Assembly (NCBI GenBank): GCA_041690135.1 | Contig: JAWLHY010000006.1 | Location: 1-64,000, forward strand | DNA: 64,000 bases | Reading direction: 5' to 3' | Source: Armatimonadota bacterium | GTDB lineage: Bacteria; Armatimonadota; SYMT01 | Part shown: piece after piece, positions 42,100 through 50,823 of the stretch | Position numbering within the stretch: position 1 is the stretch's first letter | Layout of the letters: each line of letters opens with the position of its first letter | The notes under the pieces: model-generated | What the model was told of the DNA's origin: nothing | The model's input: only the letters and a program-made list of their open reading frames with translations | Databases searched by the model: none | Made by a program: the position numbers and the translations under genes

Positions 42100-45015
42100 C
42101 TAGTCTTCCGTCCCACCCCCGAGCAATCGCTTCAATTCCTGGGGGTTGATCGGCTTGACCAGATGGTGGTCCACCCCGGCTTCCCGCGAGCGCAGGCGAT
42201 CCTCGTCCTGTCCGTATCCGGTGAGCGCCACCACCATTGCCCCCACTGCCTCTGGAGTCTGCCGCAGTCGCCGCGCTACCTCATAGCCGTCCATTCCCGG
42301 CAGACCGATATCCAGCAGCACCACCTCCGGCCGAAACTCGGGTACGACGACAAGCGCGGTCGGACCATCGTGGACGCAGCGGGCGGTATGGCCCCACAAT
42401 TCAAGCAAGTCCACCAGGGTCTGCGCCGCGTCCGCGTCGTCTTCGATCACGAGAACCCGCTTACCTGCTCCCGTCCTATCCCCGTTGGACTCAACCGCTC
42501 CCGGCGTAACAGTAGGCTCTTCCGTGCAGGCGGGCAAGGATACGATGAACTCACTGCCGTGTCCCGGACCTGCGCTGGTGGCGGAAACCGAGCCGCCATG
42601 CAACTCTACCAGGCCCTTGACCAGGGCCAGCCCCAGCCCCAGACCGCCCTCGGAGCGATCCAGCGTGTGGTCGGCTTGAATAAACACTTCAAAGAGGCGA
42701 GGGAGGATTACCGGGTCGATCCCGATACCGGTATCCCGGACCCGGATCTGAACCTGTCCCTCCAGCCGCTCTAGCGCCAAGATTATCTGTCCGCCGGGTT
42801 CCGTGTATTTGGCCGCGTTGTGCAGCAGGTTTCCCAGCACCTGTTCCAGGCGGGTGGCATCCGCCTCGACCCAGATGGTTCCGGAGGGCAAGACCGCCGA
42901 GAGCTGGTGTCGGCGAGCCTCCACCTGCGGGCGGCTGGTTTCGACCACGTGGGAGACGAGCGCCACAAGATCGAGCGGGGTCTTCTGCAAGTGGATCTTG
43001 CCCCGCGTGATCCGCGATACATCGAGGAGATCGTCCACCAGACGCGCCAGGTGTTGCACCTGCCGCTCCATGATCTCCTGGTTCCTTCGCTGTGCTGGAT
43101 CAGTGACCTTTTGCAGGCGCATTAACTCCAGAGCATAGCGGAGGGAAGCCAGCGGATTGCGTAACTCGTGCGCGAGCATGGCCAGGAACTGATCTTTGGC
43201 CTGATCCGCTTCCGCAAGCTGTGCCGCTCGCTGGCGCAACTCCCCTTCGAGTTGCTTTTGCTCCGTGATATCGCGGACGATCCCGGTAAAGAAGCGGCGG
43301 CCTCCCAACTGAAACTCGCTGACCGCCAGGTCCATCGGGAATGTGGAGCCGGTTTTTCGGCGGCCCACCACTTCCCTGCCAAGTCCCATGACTCGTGCCT
43401 GCCCGGAGTGCAGGTAGTTCATGAGGTACGCGTCGTGCTGGCTATGGTACGGCTCCGGCATCAATATCTTGACGTTGCGACCCACCACCTCCTCGGCCCG
43501 GAAGCCGAAGATCCGTTCCGCCGCCGGGTTGAAGGTCTCCACGATGCCATGCGCGTCGATGGTGACGATGGCGTCGAGCACGTGGTCTACGACCGACCGC
43601 ATCCGCGCTTCACTATCGCGCAGGGCCTGCTCGGCTTCGTAGCGCTGGGTAATGTCGCGGATAATTACCGTGAAGAATCGCTGCCCACCCGCGACCACCT
43701 GCGAGATCGTCGCTTCGATGGGGAACTCCTCGCCATCCGCCCGGACTGCGGTCAGGGTGCCGAGCGTGCGCATGGAGCGGCTGGTGTCCCCGGTTTCCCC
43801 AAAGCCCCGCACGTATCCGTCGTGAGCCGCCCGGAAGCGTTCGGGAATAAACCGGTCGAGCGGTTGCCCGATGGCAGCAGACGCGGGACAGCGGAACATT
43901 TGCTCCGCAGCGGCATTGAAGACCCGTATCCGCTGATCTTCCCCGATGCTGATGATGGCGTCCATCGCCGACCCGATGATTCCGGCGAGCCGCGCTTCGC
44001 CTTCCCGTAGCGCCGCTTCCGTCCGCTTCCGTTCGGCGAGTTCTTCTTGCATAGCCTGGTACAGCCGGGTGTACTCGTCGCCCAGGGCAATCCGGTCCGC
44101 AACCACCTGGAGGAGCCCCTCGTCGTCCGGGGTGAAGGGTCGGGGCGAAAAGCTCCCGACGTGCAGAAACCCGGTTATCTTCCCTTGGACGACCAGCGGG
44201 ACCCCGAACTGCGACCGTACGTCCTTTTCTTGCAGCAACGGCTTGAGGATTTCCGAGTAGTCAAAGTTCCGGGTGCAGTCGGGGTGCCGGGCCGAGGCCA
44301 GGTAGTCCGCAAAACGCTTGTCGAGGGGGAAACGCTCCCCGCCTTCAACCTCGCCTTGCAGTCCGGTGGCGGCCCGCACTACCAGCGCCTCGCCTTCCAC
44401 GAGAAGGACCATGGCCAGATCCGCCAGGAGGAGGCTGCGAACGCGGTACAGTAGCTCGGGCAGTAGCTGGTCCAGGGAAAGATACGAGAGGGTCGCTTCG
44501 CTGACGCTCCGCAGCCGCTGTAGTCGCGCTGAAGCGTTCTCGGCTTGCACCTGCGCTGCTTCGGCGACCAGGAGGTGACGCGCATCAGCCTCCGCTCTCC
44601 GGCGCTCGGTGAAATCGCGGGTGATCTTGGCAAATCCGACGAACGTTCCCGCCTCGTAAAGCGCGGTAACAACCACGTTGGCCCAAAAGCGGGACCCGTC
44701 CTTGCGGACCCGCCAGCCTTCTTCCTCGTACCGCCCTGCGCGGCGGGCGATCTCCAGGACCTGCCCGGGGTGGTGGCGCTGCACATCCTCGGGGAGATAG
44801 AACCGGGAGAAGTGCTCGCCGATGATCTCCTCCGCCGCGTAACCTTTGAGTCGTTCCGCCCCGGCATTCCAACTGACGACGCGTCCCACGGGGTCGAGCA
44901 GGAAGATGGCGTAGTCTTGCACGCTCTGGACCAGAAGGCGCAGCGGATCTACACTGACGGGCGAATGGCCCAAGCCATCCCCGCCCCCGCTCGCCTGCTC
45001 CGGTTCTGTTGTCAT
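42100..45015 (-). CDS. Hybrid sensor histidine kinase PAS-GAF-PAS-PAS(FixL-like)-HisKA-HATPase-REC
   Basis: WNAGAE..GWRVRKDGSRFWA; LMPEPYHSQHDAYL; LAHELRNPL; C-terminal REC. Confidence 0.93.
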   Translation of the reverse strand: MTTEPEQASGGGDGLGHSPVSVDPLRLLVQSVQDYAIFLLDPVGRVVSWNAGAERLKGYAAEEIIGEHFSRFYLPEDVQRHHPGQVLEIARRAGRYEEEGWRVRKDGSRFWANVVVTALYEAGTFVGFAKITRDFTERRRAEADARHLLVAEAAQVQAENASARLQRLRSVSEATLSYLSLDQLLPELLYRVRSLLLADLAMVLLVEGEALVVRAATGLQGEVEGGERFPLDKRFADYLASARHPDCTRNFDYSEILKPLLQEKDVRSQFGVPLVVQGKITGFLHVGSFSPRPFTPDDEGLLQVVADRIALGDEYTRLYQAMQEELAERKRTEAALREGEARLAGIIGSAMDAIISIGEDQRIRVFNAAAEQMFRCPASAAIGQPLDRFIPERFRAAHDGYVRGFGETGDTSRSMRTLGTLTAVRADGEEFPIEATISQVVAGGQRFFTVIIRDITQRYEAEQALRDSEARMRSVVDHVLDAIVTIDAHGIVETFNPAAERIFGFRAEEVVGRNVKILMPEPYHSQHDAYLMNYLHSGQARVMGLGREVVGRRKTGSTFPMDLAVSEFQLGGRRFFTGIVRDITEQKQLEGELRQRAAQLAEADQAKDQFLAMLAHELRNPLASLRYALELMRLQKVTDPAQRRNQEIMERQVQHLARLVDDLLDVSRITRGKIHLQKTPLDLVALVSHVVETSRPQVEARRHQLSAVLPSGTIWVEADATRLEQVLGNLLHNAAKYTEPGGQIILALERLEGQVQIRVRDTGIGIDPVILPRLFEVFIQADHTLDRSEGGLGLGLALVKGLVELHGGSVSATSAGPGHGSEFIVSLPACTEEPTVTPGAVESNGDRTGAGKRVLVIEDDADAAQTLVDLLELWGHTARCVHDGPTALVVVPEFRPEVVLLDIGLPGMDGYEVARRLRQTPEAVGAMVVALTGYGQDEDRLRSREAGVDHHLVKPINPQELKRLLGGGTED

Positions 45016-45834
45016 AGAGTTCTTCCCACCTGCTGGTACGCCGCAGCAGTTTTGAGAGCCTGCTGTCGATGCTGGGGGGAGCCATTCTAACGCCCTTGGG
45101 GTGGTTGGACGTGAGTCAGGGGACCCGATACGGCACAGCGGTTGTGCCCTTGACGCCCGTCACCTCCGGGTTGGATACCGGATATCGGGGTGGCCAGCCG
45201 TTGGCGGCAGCGCGAGGAGTTTGCCGTCCGCAGCTACAGCAAAGCGCATGGGTAACATTCTGCAGGGAACTGGGAAATGCCTGCATCACGGTCAATTTGG
45301 TGATACGGACCCGCCCTGGGCTCACTGCAAATGTTGGCGGTTATGGGGAGCGGCTCCAGGGGGAAGGGTGCAACGCGGTGCAACTCGGTTACTTGTATAG
45401 CGGAATCGACCGGGCACATAGGTGACAGGCAAGCAAAGTCAAGGCCCTCATGGCGCAATGCCGAGGACACAGAACCCTGGATGGTTCGTGCTCGTTTTCC
45501 CACCCTGGATACTGGCGGTGCAGGAAGGCGTCTAGCGCCTGCATTTGCGGACCCCAGAAACGCGCAACGAACTCCAGAGAGGACCACGCCCCTGGAGTTC
45601 GTTGGAGGTGACTTAAGCGTCTCGGGCTACCGAAACTTCCCCGTGCTTCGGCAGCCCGAGCACCACCGCTACCTCTACCTGCCCGTGGCGGCGATCCGAC
45701 AAACTCCATTTTGGTTGGGCACCGTGACTTGGGCCGGATCGAGCGGGGTTATCACGCCAGGAACCGGAATAGGTTTACTCGGTAGCCCGGACTAACCTAT
45801 CGTAGTTGGCCAACTTGTATCCTGGAAGCACAGG

Positions 45835-46113
45835 GTGCCTGGCCATGTTTACCCCTTTCCCTATTTGCTCGTCAGCGAGGTGACCGCCGAGGTGATGGAG
45901 ATCTTCAACACCGCCCATGTGTTGGTCAGGCAGGGCAGTTGCGCAGCGGGTTACCGCCATCTGCATGAGGCTCTCGCACGGTGTGCTGCGGGCCTTGAGA
46001 CCGAACCACCGCCCGATGCGGAGTGCTTCCGGTATTCCGCCTACTGCACAGCACTGGCACGCTGCTGCGCTCGTTATCTTCCCGAGGGGCCGCCCACTGA
46101 AGACCGGAAGTGA
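45835..46113 (+). CDS. Small helical protein, paralog 2
   Basis: AHVLVRQGSCAAGYRHLHEALARC. Confidence 0.65.
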   Translation: MPGHVYPFPYLLVSEVTAEVMEIFNTAHVLVRQGSCAAGYRHLHEALARCAAGLETEPPPDAECFRYSAYCTALARCCARYLPEGPPTEDRK

Positions 46114-46137
46114 TGAGATCGCGCCGAGAGGTAGATA

Positions 46138-46359
46138 GTGGTTTCCCAAACGGAGATGCTTGAGTTCATCCTGGTCTATTCCGAGGCTGAAGCCCAGGCC
46201 AAGCGGGACAACCGAGCTTGCGGCTATCTGCTGTTGTGGGAGGGGCTGCGCCGAGCGGAGACGTCATGGGTCATGCACCGTGAGGCGCTGGTGGATTTGT
46301 GGCAGCGGGGCATCCAACGGTTTCAGAGTCGGTACCCCACCGAGGGGCACCCGAAGTGA
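46138..46359 (+). CDS. Small helical protein, paralog 3
   Basis: AEAQAKRDNRACGYLLLWEGLRRA; GAGGT RBS. Confidence 0.7.
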   Translation: MVSQTEMLEFILVYSEAEAQAKRDNRACGYLLLWEGLRRAETSWVMHREALVDLWQRGIQRFQSRYPTEGHPK

Positions 46360-46583
46360 GCCGCCGGAAACCTGCGTAGCGCCGTAGCGCGACCACGCCC
46401 CAGATGCACGCGGTCTCATCCGGGGCGTGGTCGAGGCGAGCCCTCGCAGTCGTAGAACGGAGCGCCTATGCAGGCAGAGCGAGCATCGCCTTGCACTCCC
46501 TCCCTGCCCGTTACAGCGGCCCCTCAAACGTATCTTATTCTCCTGCGCCTACCTCCGAGAGCCAGGCGGCCGGTGCCGACGCG

Positions 46584-46850
46584 TTAGGCACCCGTGGTAG
46601 GCACCCCGCAACGGGCACGGATGGCCGGTTGGTCGGCCAGGCGGCCGTACTCGGCCAGGGCCAACGTGTAGGCGCGACAGAGGTCGGTTGCCCACTCCTC
46701 GCCAGCCGCCGCACACCGACTGGCTCGTGCCAAACCGGCCAATAGACAGCGAGCGCCCGCTTCCGTATCCCCCCAACCGTGGAGGCGGCAGGCTTCGATT
46801 ACCGCTCGGCAGAGCAGCCGGTATTCGGTTAGGGGTAGCGCCGTGTCCAT
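46584..46850 (-). CDS. Small helical protein, paralog 4
   Basis: ACRLHGWGDTEAGARCLLAGLARA..WATDLCRAY. Confidence 0.7.
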   Translation of the reverse strand: MDTALPLTEYRLLCRAVIEACRLHGWGDTEAGARCLLAGLARASRCAAAGEEWATDLCRAYTLALAEYGRLADQPAIRARCGVPTTGA

Positions 46851-47510
46851 CAGCGGGGTCTTACCTGCGCGGATGGATTCTTAAGCAGGCGATCCGCCCA
46901 GCCCGCTACTGGGTTGGCGTGGATCTCATTCCGCACCGGGAAAGCCCCGACACGGCGGAGTAGAAGAAATAGGACCGCCGCGAACCTGGGAGCGAGGGTG
47001 CCAACATCGAGCGCTCCCGCGACTCGGAGAGCCGCCCCGGAATGACGTGGGGTTCCGGGGCGGCGAGGCTGTGGTTTAGAAGGACACTCGGGGTTAGGAG
47101 GGACCGTTATAGGGGACGGACCTCTGTCCCATAAGGTGCCCTGGTGTGGGAGTGCTTCAAACCACTTCTTGCTTGCGCCGCACTGTTGTCGTCGTTGGGT
47201 GACGGCTGCTTTGGGAGGCGCTCCGCGCTGCCGGGTTGGGCGCTGCCTGAAGGATTTCCTCAACGGGTGGAGACGGGTAGGTGCTCCTACCCGTCGCGGT
47301 TACTGCGGGCCAAAAGGGCAATGCGACGAACGCCAAGGAAGTGAAAGTTCCGCCCTTCCCATCAAGGGAATATCAAGGCCGGACCGGCTTCCCGAGGCGA
47401 GGGTCTTGGGAAAAGAACAGCCAAGACGCCGCTCCCGCCGCTGCCTGTACACCGAGGCCAGGTATCGTCCCCCGCATAATGCCGGTGAACGGCACTACCT
47501 CCCGTAGACG

Positions 47511-48548
47511 TCAGCGCAAGTTCATCCGGTCGCCGGGTGAGGCCCGCCGATGTGCCGCTTCCGCGTCGGCCTGGGTGATGAGCACGTACCGGCGCAGGAT
47601 CTCCAGGCTCTCGTGCCCCATCAGGACCTGCAACTCGTAAACGTTCCCTCCGGCCCGCAAGAACTCAATCGCGAAGGTGTGGCGGAACGTGTGGGGCGAG
47701 CAGCGCACGCCCTGGACCCCGGCCACCTGTCCGAGCCTGCGGATCACCTGTGTGAATCCCGAACGGGTCATGGCCTCCCCGGAACGAGTGCCACCTTCCG
47801 CCAGGAAGAGCGGCTCCTCGGGCTTTGCGCCCCGGCGCTGGACCTCCAGGTATCGCCGGACCGCCCGCCGCGCATCCCGGCCCAGATAGACCCGACGCCG
47901 CTTACCGCCCTTTCCGGTGACCGTGATCTCTCCGGTGCCACTCTCCACGTCCGCAATCCGCAAGGAGCCCACCTCGCTGATGCGGAGACCGCTGTCCAGG
48001 AGCACCCACAGCAAGGCCCGATTGCGTTCCGGCTGCTGGCTGCGCCGGGCGGCATCCAGGAGTGCCTGTATCTGCTCCGGGGTGAACGGCTGGATCTGAT
48101 CCTTCGGGGTCCGGGGCGGCTTGAGGTTCTGGAGTGGGGAGGCCGGAAGTAGCTCCTCACGGACGCAGAATTCCCCGAAGGCGTGCAGGTTGCGGTAGTC
48201 GTGGAGAAGCGTGTAGGGACGCGCAGGCCGCTTGGCGGTGGGCTTGCCGCAGCCGAACCGTCCTTCCGGGTGAGGCTCCCGCAGGTAGGCCAGGAATCGG
48301 CGGATGCGGTCTTTTGTGAGGGTGTGCAGGCTGGCGGGGACCTGTTCCTCGTGCTCTAGCCACCAAGCCACGCGGCGTAGCCCTTCGCGGCGATCCTGAA
48401 GGGTGCGCTCGGTCCAGCCCTGCGCCCGACCGTCGGCCAACCACAGCTCCACGGCCCGCATGAGGGCCAGGGATGATTCGGAGCGAGGGGAGGAGGTGGG
48501 GGGAGACTGGTGCTCTTTACTCCCCCGAGACTGGTGCTCTATTCTCAC
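47511..48548 (-). CDS. Tyrosine recombinase/integrase (Xer-like size, no obvious arm-binding domain)
   Basis: 345 aa; catalytic R (GLR), K (GKG), HxxR (HTFRH), H (LMGH), Y; AGGAG RBS. Confidence 0.95.
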   Translation of the reverse strand: MRIEHQSRGSKEHQSPPTSSPRSESSLALMRAVELWLADGRAQGWTERTLQDRREGLRRVAWWLEHEEQVPASLHTLTKDRIRRFLAYLREPHPEGRFGCGKPTAKRPARPYTLLHDYRNLHAFGEFCVREELLPASPLQNLKPPRTPKDQIQPFTPEQIQALLDAARRSQQPERNRALLWVLLDSGLRISEVGSLRIADVESGTGEITVTGKGGKRRRVYLGRDARRAVRRYLEVQRRGAKPEEPLFLAEGGTRSGEAMTRSGFTQVIRRLGQVAGVQGVRCSPHTFRHTFAIEFLRAGGNVYELQVLMGHESLEILRRYVLITQADAEAAHRRASPGDRMNLR

Positions 48549-48606
48549 GTTTGCGTCTCCTGAACGAAGGGTCCAGCAAGACGCGTAACCGGAGACTGGT
48601 GCTCTA
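48503..48606 (-). repeat. Three direct repeats of AGAGCACCAGTCT, identical to part of the adjacent tRNA-Arg
   Basis: Plus-strand gagactggtgctct at 48503, 48527, 48592; tRNA has agactggtgctct at 48684. Confidence 0.92.
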
Positions 48607-48643
48607 CTTACGCACGAAATGAGCGAGTGGGAAGGAAGGGAAA

Positions 48644-48717
48644 CGCTCGCGGAGGGATTCGAACCCCCGACACCCAGTTCCGAAGACTGGTGCTCTAATC
48701 CACTGAGCTACGCGAGC
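48644..48717 (-). tRNA. tRNA-Arg, anticodon TCG; CCA not encoded
   Basis: GCTCGCG/CGCGAGC acceptor, GCTC-AGTGGATTA-GAGC D arm, CCAGT-CTTCGGA-ACTGG, GGGGG-TTCGAAT-CCCTC. Confidence 0.95.
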
Positions 48718-48844
48718 CTATGAAGGGTCCCAGCGACAACCCGCTTCCCATCTCTGATGGAGTAGTGGAAGACAGGCGGAACCGCCGGGAGCCCGATTAT
48801 AGCAGGTCCGGGATCGCAGCGGAAGACCGTTGAATCGCCGCACT

Positions 48845-49390
48845 TCAGCTTTGCCAGATCCACGCGCCGATCAGCTGTCCGGAGCCATCGATGGCGATGT
48901 CCAGGTAATCGCCGTCCAGCCGCATGCCGCTCCAGTCTCCCAGGTAGTACCGGAGGATCTCTCGCGTCCTCTCGTAACCGCGACCTTCGACCAGCGGCCG
49001 TCCCCGGTACTGCTCCCGGCCATCGGGCGGTCCGAGCAGTCGGACGACCGCCTCCCGCTTCATCCCCTTCTTCAGGTGGCGGCGGACCAGACTTCCCGCC
49101 ATCCGCCCGCGGAGGCTGTCCCGATCTGTCCTGGCCTCCAGCCACCGCTGCTGCTGGAAGGGCGCGCGGTGGAATGGGCTCAGCCGGAGTTGGAGCCACC
49201 CGGCGCCGACCGCACCGAGGGCAAAAACTCCGACGATGATCGCTCCGACCAGCAGGCTCGATCGTTCCGGGAGTGCGCGACGCTTGACGGCACCGAAGAT
49301 CCACGTACCGCCAAATCCGAGTATGGAGATCCCCAGCCCGGCGAGCATCAACAGATACAGAAGCGCCGCAAGCAACTGATCCGGGGTCAT
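48845..49390 (-). CDS. Membrane protein with BamE/SmpA-like C-terminal domain
   Basis: Two TM helices; LKKGMKREAVVRLLGPPD..LRYYLG. Confidence 0.7.
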   Translation of the reverse strand: MTPDQLLAALLYLLMLAGLGISILGFGGTWIFGAVKRRALPERSSLLVGAIIVGVFALGAVGAGWLQLRLSPFHRAPFQQQRWLEARTDRDSLRGRMAGSLVRRHLKKGMKREAVVRLLGPPDGREQYRGRPLVEGRGYERTREILRYYLGDWSGMRLDGDYLDIAIDGSGQLIGAWIWQS

Positions 49391-49641
49391 GGGCGTCCGT
49401 CATCTCCGGTCAACGCAGTCTTCAAATACCACAGGTTTGGGAGGGAACGGGGCAGATTTAGCCAGTCTTGGGACACGCCAACCCCGTAGGGGTTTCACCT
49501 TGCAGTAGCCACAGATGCCTCAAACCTCACGTTTCACGTTTCACACAACACGCCCCTATCCGAGGCCCCCGCTGTGCCCATTGCTTTCGTACAGGACGAG
49601 CCGCACACAATGCGCAACTCGCAATGCTCCGTCACCTGCCA

Positions 49642-49664
49642 TATACCACGTGACGAGGTATACT
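49642..49664 (+). promoter_or_regulatory. Palindromic PadR-type operator overlapping a TATACT -10 box
   Basis: TATACC-N9-GGTATA; TATACT ends 6 nt before ATG 49671. Confidence 0.6.
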
Positions 49665-49670
49665 TCCTGT

Positions 49671-50084
49671 ATGGAAGCACAGCGCGAACTTCTGCGAGGC
49701 AGCACACCCACCCTGGTCCTGGCGGTCCTGCGGGACGGTCCCCTTCATGGCTATGGGATCGCCCGCGAGATCGAGCGGCGGAGTGGACAGTCGCTGCAAT
49801 GCCGGGAAGGGACCCTCTACCCCGTGCTCCGAGCCCTGGAAGAGGAAGGGCTGATCGCGGGGGAGTGGCAACTGGCCGGGGAGCGACAGCGGAAGGTCTA
49901 TTCGCTCACTCCGGAAGGGCACGGCGCGTTGGAGCAGCGAGCACGCACCTGGGGAGAGTTCGTGGAGGCCGTGCAGCGCGTGTTGGCCGGAACAGGAGAT
50001 GAAAACGATGCCGCAGCACCTGGAACCCCAAGAGAACGGACTGACAACCCGTCCTTCCCTCTCCGACCCGAACCGGCCGGCTGA
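49671..50084 (+). CDS. PadR-family transcriptional regulator
   Basis: LLRGSTPTLVLAVL..HGYGIAREI..EGTLYPVLRALE..RKVYSLT. Confidence 0.92.
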   Translation: MEAQRELLRGSTPTLVLAVLRDGPLHGYGIAREIERRSGQSLQCREGTLYPVLRALEEEGLIAGEWQLAGERQRKVYSLTPEGHGALEQRARTWGEFVEAVQRVLAGTGDENDAAAPGTPRERTDNPSFPLRPEPAG

Positions 50085-50751
50085 AGTCCCGCGCGAGGAA
50101 CCGGCTTTCACGGTTTACCTGGACGTGCTCTGCGCTCCATTGGAGAAGCTCGCACCCGGGGAATGGACCCGCGACCTGCGCGCGGAGATACTCTCCCACC
50201 TGGAGGCCCTGGCGGAAGCCTACGAGGAGCTGGGGGAGACGCGGGACGCCGCCATCCTTCAGGCGTGCCGCCAGCTCGGCGATCCCCACCAGCAGGGGAC
50301 CGCCTGGGCGGAGCGCTGGCAGCGGAAGCAGCCAGAACCGCACCGGCAAACTCTGCGGCTCGCCTTCTCCGGCTTCGGGCGCGCGCTCCTGCTCTCGGGG
50401 CTGCTCCTCTGGCTGTCGATGGCCAATAACCTGCACCACCCCGGCTGGATCCTCTCTCCGGGCGACCTGATGCGGATCGTGGGCGTGCTCGTGCTGCCCG
50501 TAATTGCGGGAGCCTGGCTGGGCCGCGTCTCCCGCGGCCGGCGCGTGATTGCCGCGGCCACGGCGATCAGCTCCCTCTCCCTGCTGACCGGTATTCTGGC
50601 GAACGTCTTTCCGGGCGACGATCCCCACGGCTTCCGCCTCTTCCTCTGGATGATGCAGGTGCTCTACTGGCTTCCCATCGGTGTCGCGGCGACGGGCTTC
50701 TCCGGGTGGTTTCACACCCGCTTAACCCAGAAGCGGCTGCTGGCTAAATAG
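49999..50751 (+). CDS. PadR-associated membrane protein (permease-prefix/HAAS-like N-terminus)
   Basis: LRAEILSHLE..DAAILQACRQLGDP followed by four TM helices. Confidence 0.8.
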   Translation: MKTMPQHLEPQENGLTTRPSLSDPNRPAEVPREEPAFTVYLDVLCAPLEKLAPGEWTRDLRAEILSHLEALAEAYEELGETRDAAILQACRQLGDPHQQGTAWAERWQRKQPEPHRQTLRLAFSGFGRALLLSGLLLWLSMANNLHHPGWILSPGDLMRIVGVLVLPVIAGAWLGRVSRGRRVIAAATAISSLSLLTGILANVFPGDDPHGFRLFLWMMQVLYWLPIGVAATGFSGWFHTRLTQKRLLAK

Positions 50752-50823
50752 AGCCTTAGAGAAAGCCGTAACCGGAAGCAAGCACTGCGTGTCCCACTCC
50801 GCAGTTGGTTCCAGGAGGGCTCC

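Larger units (their letters stand above)
36281..48643. mobile_element. Probable integrated element at tRNA-Arg carrying signalling cargo
   Basis: Integrase directly 3' of the tRNA; distal att site not found, so the left boundary is uncertain. Confidence 0.5.

Noticed and set aside
45029-45054. Fifth copy of the island palindrome
   Set aside because: Only one arm resembles the motif and the spacer length differs
36281-47500. Distal att site (tRNA-Arg 3' duplicate)
   Set aside because: Searched by eye and not found, so the extent of this element is unconfirmed
48503-48697. Repeats near the tRNA as a mini-CRISPR array
   Set aside because: Repeats are only 13-14 bp, spacing is irregular, and no cas genes are present
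49527-49544. Canonical parS-like GTTTCACG sequence
   Set aside because: It is a direct heptamer repeat (gtttcac), not the TGTTTCACGTGAAACA palindrome
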